A program made the translations under genes and the position numbers. Of a stretch of DNA of 64,000 bases, positions 26,199 to 37,340 are shown piece after piece. Position 1 is the stretch's first letter; the number at the start of each line of letters is the position of its first letter. The notes beneath the pieces are model-generated. The model did not search any database and was not told the origin of the DNA. It worked only from the letters and a program-made list of their open reading frames with translations. This DNA is from Iphione sp. A-MEVVRFRX5. Its lineage: Eukaryota. The stretch covers positions 60,946,001 to 61,010,000 of the forward strand of contig OZ320313.1 in the NCBI GenBank assembly GCA_976226885.1, given 5' to 3'.

Positions 26199-26399
26199 GA
26201 GCCAATCTATGGGTCTATCCATCTATCAGCTTCACATAGACCCCCGTCACGTCTCCAATCTGCCTTCCGGTCCGCACTTCCAAAGAATGCTTTCCATGGC
26301 ATCCGTCCAACTGTCGGTCCTCCTCCTCTCTTCCGCCTTCCAGGGACCCCTGCCCCTCCCAGCTGATCGGAATTGCATCAGGCGCACTCGTTGTCACTT

Positions 26400-26820
26400 T
26401 ATATTCTGACATCTCTCGTTTTAAACCACCCCGCAGCCGTCAGACGCACTGCGCTGCTCGCTGACGCCGGCCATATTTGCTGGAGCACACTTGAGTGCAG
26501 CTTGACAGCACTTGGTCGTGAGTGATTTTATTTGGAGAACGTTGGCGAGTGGCGGCTGCAGCCGTTCTCGGGGGCTAAATGGCATTACGACATGTTGCAG
26601 TCACTGGAGAAGATCTAATTGTCGGCGTTCGGAAACTTTGATGTGAAAGGCACGAGAGGGACGTCGGTGTCAGAAGAAACAGGCTCCCGATGGCGCTGGT
26701 GGTGAATCTATATTCTCTTGTGGGTCGATACGAAAAACTCATATCCTCTCTATCAGACAACATTCTATAATCATACATAAGCGTTACTAGAGAGTCCTCG
26801 AGAGAACTTTGTGAGTGATA
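26400..26820 (+). promoter_or_regulatory. CpG-rich segment with two GTGAGT donors; candidate 5' end or first exon(s) of a gene
   Basis: About 23 CpG counted in 26401-26700. YY1-like gccatattt near 26470. Donor-like gtc|gtgagt (26518) and ttt|gtgagt (26811). Lies downstream of the CT tract. Confidence 0.3.
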
Positions 26821-29800
26821 AATGTGGGTGCGTACGGTTGTGTATGTTAAGGATGAAGGTTGCTTTTTCCCCTCCTAAACGTAGTGCCGCAATACCATTG
26901 CAGCAAGTGTTGCTGAGTAACCCACTCATAAATATCTGTCAGAGTTGTCAAAGCTCCATTTCGTCCATTATACAATAGCCTACATACCTATTCATTTTTG
27001 AGGCCTACAGTTGGCATATGCTTGCTCAGTCCTGAGCCTATGGGACACTCCCAACAGAGTTTCAAGGAATGTAAAAAAGCAGATACTTCTGACAGATGCT
27101 TGGCAGATTGTGTTGGTTGCTCTACTGGAACTGGTAAGCAGTACTGTTCCAGTATGTCAAAGAAAGACGTGAGTTATTTATGGTCAGTCTGTAGAGAAAG
27201 ATGGTCACCTGAAAATAGAAGGCGGGATTCTCATGTTTCAACGATTTTAGAGACTAGGAAAATGAGATTAGACAGAGTGTGATACGCGCGGGATACATTT
27301 TCATATTAAAGGCGTACAGGCAGGTCCATATTCTTTTTCTAGCATGCAAATCAGTATCCTAAGCATATCATTTGTACTAACTGCCCTACCGAATTTACCA
27401 ACCAACCAGTTAGAATTAAACTGATGCAGCCTCCACATAGTTCAAATCCACAGTAAAAATGAAGAAAAGACAGCTTTAATCTTTTGCCCAACGCTCATGA
27501 TTTACTGCCGTCTTACCACCCAATGGACGTGAGAAAGTGGAACCGTCGTTCGCTTATTCACGACTGTTGCAAACACGACCTCCTCTGTGAGACAAAAACG
27601 CCAGGCGCCATTGTCAATCTGTCTGATGCCTACAACGGTAGGGGTGGTATTTTAAATTACGTGGCCTGACACGGTAGCCGCCAATACCATCCCTCCCTCT
27701 GGCCTGCCCATATTGGTTTCTTCTGGGTCTGATTTGCATTTTCCTTGCCTCATGGGATCTCCAAGGACGTTATCTGTTCAGGACGTTACCTGGTGGTCCG
27801 GGTGTTTCCTGCATGAAGGTTTATTGTAGGAAGTGGGTTTCAATCCTATTTTGGTTAGGATATGACATTTCACACTTCGACTTGAAGCAATCAATAACAA
27901 AGCGTCGCATACCTTCGAGATTATCAATCATTTTAAGCGTTTCATAGGACCACTCATGCATAAATCCGACAATATTTTTACTCTTTCATACAGGCAATTT
28001 ATGTTCAGAAGATAATACATCCCGGAACACATCACCAGAGAAAGCTCTCACAAACAAGAATGTCCTACTGCATGTTTAAAATGCAGAAGAGTCACGTTTC
28101 ATTGTCAGAAAATGCAAATTGGGATTGAAAGTAAACGTAATATATGACACCCTTAGGGCAGGCACAGACTGAGAATATTCCAGAGGCACGGTGGCTTCCG
28201 TCCGTGCAACGGACCTGACAGTAACCGACACTGACATGAATATTACAGAAATGCTTCTGTTTCTTTTTGTAAATCAATGCATGTTCCTTGTCTTTCTATT
28301 TCTTATACTTTTTTCTTGATTCTCTTAGTCAGCCATGGAAGGTATGGAAGCAGGAATGTCAGTCATCTAAACAATAATAGAGCAATCGGAGATATCTTTC
28401 AGTTGTTTCTTTTCTGGCGATTATAAAGCAAATTGTTGTCAATATCCAGCCTATTTCAGACAATCCAAATTCGACTGGGACAGTATCATCATGGCCCTGC
28501 ACAAACGTGGGTGTTGGTTTCGACATTTTACGAATAATCTTTTTGCCACAGAGCAGAACCCTTGCGATGTAGCTGATGTATGTAGCTATGGTTTCCAAAG
28601 TCCATAGTGTCTGCTAAGCCATCACTGGCTGATTATTCAGGGAACAACGTCGCCTGCCTTTTAACTTGCAATATTACGATCAATACTCTCTGGATGAACT
28701 TCATCTCGTTGAATGAATTAAACGAATGGATCTCAACGGCTCAGACGAAGGCTCCTATAAAGGACATTGTTTGCTGTATCAAGAAATCTAGAGTATATCC
28801 ATTCTGTCTCTATTCTAAATCCAATGGTTAGGCACAAGTAGGGTTTGCAGAGTTTCGCCCTATACGTGAAATACCAAATTCTAGAAGTATCATTCCTCGC
28901 CTGCCTACAAAGAAAATAATCTTTGCTTTAGTAGGTATAATGGTTAGGTTTCTAGAATCTCGTCGGTTGTTGGGTGCGAGAGCATAGCTGATTAAGTTGA
29001 CATAGGGATATGATCTAATTAATAGTCAGAATAATACGGCGACGCTAACATGAGTTGAAATAATGAATGATAGTTAGGCACTATTACAACTAAACGTAGT
29101 GAATTTGAAAAGTAAAGCTATTCCATATTTTGGCAATACAACGGGTGAATCAGAAAAAAGTCTCGATGAATTTATACCATTAGATACTCATATCTACACA
29201 GTTTAGATGTGCACAGTTTGTGGTCTGCCCTGTTGGATTTCAAAGCCAGCCTAATTGTCACGCGACCTTCTCTACAATGTTTTTTTTTCTTTAGAAGCGC
29301 CTGTAGTACCACAGCGCACGCACATACACAGTTGACCTGCATCAAAGCAAAATCATGCACAACACAAAGCTAGCCGACTTCCTTGTGTCTAATTTAGAGC
29401 TGACCGAGTGTAGAGAGGTTCTGACATTGACCAGCGTTTTAATTGGGTTGAACTTTGACTTGTTGGTTGATACAATTAACGGTCATTGAGTTATCAGCCC
29501 ATGCCAGTACAATGCTAAGTGAATACGACCATAACGTGCCGATATAAACGACCATTCCAGCTAAACCTGGTTGACGAAGCAGCAAGGTGAGTTCTACATA
29601 GTCACCCAGGCTGAGCAAGAGAGACGTTTATATGGGTACACTATGCACGTATTCTGTTTATTATACTAACTGAAAGATCTTTCTGGAACAAATTTAAGTA
29701 CTATTTATTGAATAATGCGTCTACCTCTTGTGTGGTCACCATGTTGGAGAATGCATACTTTTTGTACGTACGGGATATCTGATCATGTGGCCCTTCGAAT

Positions 29801-30320
29801 TTGTGAGCGCATGTAGTTCTACTAAACGGGAAATTTTTAAAAATTAAGATGGTGGACAGCATATTTTCAAAGAGCAATCAAACCCCTTTAAAAATTGATA
29901 TTTCAGCAAATTTATTGGACAGAAAGGTTTATAGGTATGTATTCTGGCGTCCACCACGAAGGTAAGACATGACAACAAATAACAAAAACAGATGTTTATT
30001 ACTGAAGGTAACAAGACAAGAATTTACCTGGTGGCCCCGGGGGCCAGGCCTATATGTAGGTGTGAAGCGTTTTAACGTTTCTTTCTTTCTTCTAAACAAT
30101 GGGCTATTTTAACATCGAAGAGGTCTGTGTTAGAGTTTTGCCCACATCCATTCACTGCCACACTCTTCGGCCTGGTTTCCTTACTTGCGGTGAGGTGCAG
30201 GAGAGTGCGGGAGGAGTCCAGCTGCAGTGATGTGGGTTTATTTTTTCACTCACCCTCCTGCAAAGAGGTGTTCCATACATGCGTCATATGTTGTGCATTT
30301 GTGTGTTTGAAAAGAGGGGA

Positions 30321-30492
30321 GTAGTAGCAAAACTTGAGAATTTTACCAGTTAAAGGATGAATAAGTAGAAATTTGATCGAAATAGTAGGAAAAACCAGGA
30401 ATTTTACTAGCTAAAGGACGAAAAAGGAGAAATTTGATGGAAATAGTTGCAAAAAACAGGGAATTTTACTAGTTAAAGGATGAAAAAGGAGA
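30321..30492. repeat. Minisatellite, 61-62 bp unit, about 2.7 copies
   Basis: gaattttac recurs at 30338, 30399 and 30461, each followed by (c/t)ag(t/c)taaagga(t/c)gaa and, in the first two units, agaaatttgat.gaaatagt. Confidence 0.9.
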
Positions 30493-31059
30493 CAACTGGG
30501 CAGAAATGTATGGAAATGTGTGGTAATGTTAATGAACAGTAAGTAAAAGTGAGGATATGTCAGGAAATATACCTGATTCAAAGACTATCTGTGGTATACT
30601 ACTGTGCGTTGCCATGCGTTGTGCGGCAAATTTATGGATCCTGCCCCAAAACGGGCAATGCACATCAATGCCTTTCACCGCAAACACGTCACTGCATGTA
30701 TGAAACACCTCTCACTGATATCCTATAAACCAATAATGATGTAATTCACCGCACAGAATCATACATGCATATCGTTGCACGTATGGAAACCGCGGCTTCC
30801 TCTGTGCAACATATGCCTACATGCTATTCTCATGTTGGGGTCACTTGTGTGCTCCCATAAAGCAAACGACAGGTCAGTACTGCCACGAAACTGCCCAATG
30901 ATGGTAGTGGGACATAATTCATTATCAGCAATGCCTGTGTCACTGATATCAGCGGTCTCCTTCGGACAACCCTTGGGTGGCTCCAACAGTGACAAGGTGT
31001 CATTGTCCTGTTCTGCTTGTTTGAACCGCAGATCGATTCCAGCCTACCCCGGCCACCAA

Positions 31060-31200
31060 CACCAACAGAGTAACAGGTTCTTCAGTGAGCCTCCATTAGA
31101 CCAGAGGGTTATGAACCTCTTACACCTTTTGGAATTGAGCCAGATTATTTGAACAGTGCAGTTCACGAACTCTGGGAAACAGTGGCCTAGATAACAGCCT
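31060..31200 (+). mobile_element. Possible decayed CR1-type LINE 3' end
   Basis: Translation NRFFS(EPPLD)QRVMNL resembles the CR1 C-terminal FFSQRVVN.WN.LP with a short insertion. Confidence 0.25.
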
Positions 31201-33049
31201 ACCAAGCATAATTCAGTCGTCACCTATTCAGTCTTTTTGAAGTCGATCCTCTTATATTGTTGCCTTTTCAGACATATCAAGAATTGACTGACGGAATAGA
31301 TTTGTCGTATTAGGTTGGCTTGATTTCCAGGCGGAACGGGGGGGGTTGAAGTAGCTAGTATTTTCTTACAGAACGTGTCTATACTGTACAGTTACGTAGG
31401 CAATATTTACACTGAAAATGGTAGGAAACCTGAGGGTCTGTTGCAAATCAAGTAACAAATATAATAGAAATTGACTTGCAAACTGATATATTTGTATTTT
31501 GATTGATGAGGTTTCCTAGCATATAACTACAGACGGGTACGACTATAAAAAAGTAGCAAAAATGAGTCACAGGCAGACATACCTTATGTAATATACTTGA
31601 TTACTGAATCATACCTCTTTGTTCCTTTTTTCTCTGTGGAATGTTCCTCGGAGCTGGTAGGTCAATGCTAACTTTTAAACCAAACTCTAAAACCAGCATG
31701 GCTAGGTTTTTAATTTAACTTGGATCCAATGGTGCTGCTACAAAGTACCTCTTCAGTAGAACTGTCTCAGCCTATAAAATCACACATTCCAATCTTAAAA
31801 AAATAAGTAACAATGTTTAGAACACATGTGAACCAATCACATATCTCTTTCCATATTTGGGAGTGTGGGGTGATCTTCCCTCAACCAATCCGAGATCTCT
31901 TACAAGAATAAGGAGGTGAGTTAATCTCTCACTGACCAACTATGACAAATCAATACTGGCAATGGAAATTTCCATGGGGTCACACAGGCTGTCTGAGCAA
32001 CACCATTAGCACTCATTGACCCCATATCTTGGGCTATGGGACAGTGGCATTAGTAATTGTACTCAGGATGCCTCCTTGTGTACTGGTTGACCCTAGCTTT
32101 CAGACCATGCACCTACTGTCCCTTCAGCCCACATTTTGTTTAAAAGAATCTCCGGTTAAACTCACACTTTTCTGTTCTAATTATTGGCGTCCTTGGCATG
32201 TGAGGTCTAGATACTTAGGGGGGGACTTATCATATCCATATCTACGTGCATCGTGAATCTCTATCAACTTTCTGTCAAATACGATTGTGAGGATCACATT
32301 ACCTTTGTTTGCTTGGGTCATTCATAATTTTCCTGACCGCTTCAGAATTTCTAAATAGATGTCTTTGATGTATCGAGCCAAGACATACGGCTGAGCATAT
32401 TGCATGAGACTTTAGTACCTGAAGGGTCAGTTGTCCTGAATGTGCTCATATGAAGTGGTATTTCTCTTTATCAGACAAAGCATTATGCAATTTTCTATAG
32501 TTCTCCATCGCCGAGAAAAGACTGTGTTATGATCCACAAAAACCTTAGCAGAGATAGATGTAGTTTAACATACACTGTTTTACTAGCTTATAGTCAGCAA
32601 CAGGTATATACTTCAAGAGAGGGCGTCCTAAATTTTAGCACAACTTTCTTTTATCATCGACTCAGCGCAAGGATGCTTGCATTATTAGAAACGATGGAAA
32701 TTGATCTATTTGGATTTTCATATGTATCTACCTGCAATTGCACAGTTTTTTGTGGACAGAGTCACTGACGATCTTCCACGAGATACTTCACATCGAGTAG
32801 CATAATTGCGGACTTCCTCACATGAACAAGTTCCCGGTTAACTTTATGGAATAGAGTTTATATTACGAAATAAAACGATCTCCACCAAGCTGAGGATTTT
32901 GCGAGATGGAATATGTGTGATATACCTTCCTGTGTTCACCTTCCAAACTTGTCACTTGATGGCACCGTCTTTCTCTTCAGTTATCTGGTTCTGTCGACCG
33001 AATAATTCCAACCTTCCTGTCCCACAACAAGCTTTCGTGTCTTGCTCGA

Positions 33050-33140
33050 TGACCGTGCGGGGTAACGTACTGTAACCATCCAATACGGTTACCTTTTGAG
33101 ACGTTGACAGCTGCACCTTTGTTGTTTAACCGTCTAAGGT
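33050..33140 (+). mobile_element. Possible decayed L2-type LINE 3' end
   Basis: RTVTIQYG, then frameshift, then TLTAAPLLFNRL. Matches the L2 C-terminal pattern RT.T..YG.R.F..AAP.LWN.LP. Confidence 0.3.
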
Positions 33141-36100
33141 CTGTGGTGCATCCTCGTAATGGAGGCACATCGCTCGTTGGCTTTTACTCGGTGTCCGACC
33201 TTCGCTGCGACAATCCAACTTCAAAATGGAGCGAGTTTCCCACCGTAATGAAGTCCTTGAGGGGCCGGTCGGTGGTTGCGTGCAGGAGGAAACGCCTTCT
33301 ACCGATGAAAGGCCTTGAAGGTAACCACAATGCAAGACGGGTGGGAGGGTAGGAGGAAGAATGGGAGAGTGGATGGGAGCAGGGAATTAGGATTGGAGGA
33401 CCCCGCAGGAGGGAGGGTCACGCTCACTGGATTGATGTAATAGAAACGAAAGGGCTTGTTTTGTCGTACTGGCGTTTGCGGTTCACGTTTTGCCTGGTGT
33501 CCGAAAAAGATAACATCTTTATTAATTGAGAAATAAAATCACATCTTATTTAAAAATCAGACCCATCTTGAAATACAAATGTTAACTGATCTCTTATTAT
33601 GGAACCTGACCTTGTCATGGAGGGGCCCCACAATCAAGACATTTGTGCCGACAGTTACTCCCCCTGAAGTGCAACTGGCCACAACATGATGCGCAACAGG
33701 TCGTGAGTGAGGTGGGTGCCTTGGCGAAATTTGCGCAAAGTCTACATCGATAATCCAATCTTTTTCGCCTGAATTTCGTCCTTAAAATAGAATAGAATCA
33801 GACAGGTATGCTTAATCATTTAGCTCAGAATTGGTGGAGGTGATTTACACTCTTCAGGTACTCATTATAATACTTCCTTTGGCACCAAGCTAAAGAATCG
33901 ACCAAAATAACATCCATTTCGCCATTGTGTATCGGGTTAAGTCCTTGATAGCTGTGGGGGAGAACGAAAACAAACACTACTATGTCTATGTACACCTTGA
34001 ATTGAGTATGTACATTTATTGATATTGGTTTATGTTGCTCATTTGCACTTTGGTTGTCACTGAAAGACTCCATAAATCCCAGGCACAAAAATATGAGAAT
34101 AATGCTTATAGTAGAAAACACGAAATGGAACACTACATGGACAAAGAATGGGGATTTCGACTTTTATAAGCAAGCTTTACGTATACGTCGATCTTTATAT
34201 ATTCGTTGGCTAGCTAATGTGATCCACGTTAGTTTCACCCCCTATTCCTATATGTACAGCGATAAAATACCATCCACATTAGATAACAAATTATATTTCA
34301 ACACGCATGAGCAAGTTCTACTACACTTACCAATCTTCGCAGGAATCTAAATCAGCTCATAAAGTTCTCCCACAATGTGCAGTAGTCTCTTTGATCTCCC
34401 CACCCATCCCCCACTCCGTCAATTTTAAAGAGTTAAACTAAACAGAACCTGGAGGCATGTTCTTCACGCTGTACCAGAAGCAGATCCCAATGGGCCACTG
34501 ATGGGCCCCGCTAATTTGCAGCCTTTCCTACTTTGTCTTTCATCTCACGGCTGTCTTGATATTTTCTTTGCAGTTCTTTCATGCCACCCTTGACGCTTGA
34601 TTTGGCCTTTTTTACGACTTTGTGACATTATTGCATGGGATTCAAGAGGAAGGCAGTAAGAGGGACCGAGACCGACAGAAGGTTGACACGACTGGTCTGT
34701 GTCTTTAATAGAACGGGGCCTCGTTCTGATCCGTGTTGGCTCATGAAATATAGAGAAATTCACTCACCTTGGGAGGAAACATTTTTGAATGATTTGCACC
34801 TTTCATAGTGAATGTCTTGACCTACCTCATGACGAAAAACCTTTGCATATCTAGGTTGAAAGGAAATTCTAAGTAGAACATTACCTTAACTGGAGCTGCA
34901 TTTATCTTCAAAGGATAAAGTGTCAGCATTACTAAACAGTCCCCTGCATATACTCTTGAGGTAAAATACATGGCAACAAAATTTTCCCCTGCAACTTTGG
35001 AACACTTTGGTATTCACAAAATCTACTGTCGGGAAAACTCTGCCATATAGTCTCGTATCCTTTAGGGAGGAGGCTTTGAACAATGATTGGATTTAAAGCT
35101 ACGTAAAATCATTGGCACTTAGCCTTCATAAATATGCTTGTCGTCTGCACGTGCGAATGAAACTGCATAGAAGAACGAAGTATAGAGCTGATTGTGGTTC
35201 TTTTAAGCGATAGAGCCTGCAAAAAGGAACTAAAATGTCTGCACTCAAAAAAGCTGGACTCGGCAGGACAGGAACGTGAATCAGGCAACATGTGTTCATG
35301 TCACTTCGTATGCTCATACACAAGTAGTATAGGCCTACATGATGAATGCGGCCTTATGTGTATTCCTAGTAGCATGCTGTTGTACAGCCGAAATATTGAA
35401 CGTTCGTGTGTTTGTATAATGTTGTCCCATACGACCCGTGTATTCCGGCCTCAAGGGCTCATCACCTTGGCGTCATCTATGGCAGCATGCAGGCACGTGG
35501 TCTGCAACTGTCTAACCACGTTGACCTGCGCGTTTCCCACTGATTGAGTCTGCGTTTGCTCACTGCCTCCCAGGACCGCGAGCCTTATTCTGCCTGATGC
35601 GGTGGTGACACCCAGAGGATAGAGTTGGACACGTGTCAGGCACATGCCGCCTGCAGTCGGCCGAAGCGTAGAGGCCGGAATCCTTTAGGGAGTGTGACGA
35701 AACATAATGCGGCCGCGAACCCGTTAGAAAGTACATATAGACGGTGGGAGAATATCTGGTTAGGGCAAGGGGACGAAGAAAATTAAAATCGATCAAGGAA
35801 TAATGAAAACGAGCACCAGTGGAGACGGTAACCTAATCGAGTAAGTAAATCTGTACAATCTACATTTGTGCAGTGTGTACAATATAAATGTATGCATGGA
35901 ATTTTGCACGTGCGGTGTCATTTGCCGATCAATCAAAGTATCACTAGGAAAATGTCATATGGGATAGTTGGCGAATTACGTCTTTCAAGTACCGGTATCT
36001 TTGGGCTCGAATTGTCTAACGGATCTCCCTGACGAGTAAACCTGTGTACATGCATATCGACATCGACATACATGAATGTGCATCTCATTTTCGTTTTCTT

Positions 36101-36229
36101 TGATAATGTTGCAATATACAATATAATATGATAACTACAGTGTGAAACGTGGTCCATTAGCTGCTTAGATCAAGTGATTGCTGCACAGAAGTGTGTTACA
36201 TGGAAGATAAGAATTAGTGCAAGACACAT

Positions 36230-36622
36230 GGAAGGGACTGAGACAGTCATAGAAGAAAAGAGAGAAAAGGGGGAGAAGGTCCAAAGGAATTAGGGGAATA
36301 GCGAATGTCCGTAGCGGAAGTCAAAGACACACAGAGCAATAGAAAGAGAACGAGGGTGGCTTAGTAGAGGCGGTTTGTTAAAGGAGAGTAAACGAAAGCT
36401 ACGAAGAACTAAAAATATTAAGACAGAAGAAAAGAGAAACAGTAAGGAATTGAGGAGAAGGAAAAAGATTGGGAAGTGAATGCAAGGAAAGAAACACGAA
36501 AGAGGAAGTACACACAAATAGAGCAGGAGGAAAGAAAAAGTGAGAGAGAGAAAGAGAGAGAGACAGACAGACAGACAGAGAGACAGAGAGACAGAGAGAG
36601 AGAGTGAACGAGTGAGACAGAG
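36230..36622 (+). repeat. Purine-rich tract ending in an (AG)n/(ACAG)n microsatellite
   Basis: About 390 bp strongly A/G-skewed, with gagagagagaaagagagagagacagacagacagacagagagacagagagacagagagagagag at 36542-36604. Confidence 0.92.
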
Positions 36623-37257
36623 GCTCTGGCCAGTCTATTGATTCTACAACTTCCTCTGTGCAGCAATTACACCTACATCTGCTTGTAGATATTCCCCGTG
36701 CTCTCACCCCCGTCTCTCATCCATATCTTGTCCTCGTGCTCAATCCTAAACTACTGGCCCTGCAAATTAATCTCTGCCGAAATGGCATTCTTCACGTCAT
36801 ATTATAATAATAACGATATCATACTGTTTTTTTCTGAGAAATCAAGTCTTGAAAGCAATATGCCGATCCCACGCGATGCTTTCACTGTTTTTCTCCCTGG
36901 TCTCATACTGCTGCCTATTAGTAAGAGAATCCGTGAAGATTGTTGTCCCTTGTGCAGTCATTTCCTCTAAACTAGGATACGTACCTTTCCGGGGTAAAGT
37001 ACATACGGGAAACTATTTGTTCAGCTCACGGAAAGTTATTTCTTTGTACACCGAGTGAGCTGGAATATGGTGCAGCAGGCTAAATAAAGAAGGATAGTCC
37101 TTTGTTGACAGCATGTTTAGTGTCAAACTGTTTTGTTAACAAATCTTCTTGTCATTTAAGGTTTACCTTAACCCAAAGTGTATATCCATTGATGAAACTT
37201 AAGTAAAATGATTCTTCATCGTCCTATATAAAGTGTTATCACTTTTGTTTCTTCCAG

Positions 37258-37340
37258 GTACGTTGCCCTACGGGAGAAACGTGTAAACGCGAATTCTTCG
37301 GAATCATTACGTTTCATGTGTTCATGCGTATCATATATTT
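37258..37340 (+). other. Candidate 83-nt exon whose acceptor is immediately followed by a donor-like sequence
   Basis: acttttgtttcttccag|gtacgt ... tatattt|gtaagt. Two frames are open (VRCPTGETCKREFFGIITFHVFMRIIY; YVALREKRVNANSSESLRFMCSCVSYI); neither is recognisable. Confidence 0.3.

Noticed and set aside
34768-34850. Minus-strand exon candidate (ttcaacctag|...cccaag|gtgagt; YAKVFRHEVGQDIHYERCKSFKNVSSQ)
   Set aside because: Splice signals are plausible, but the peptide is unrecognisable and no compatible neighbouring exons were found; such pseudo-exons are common.
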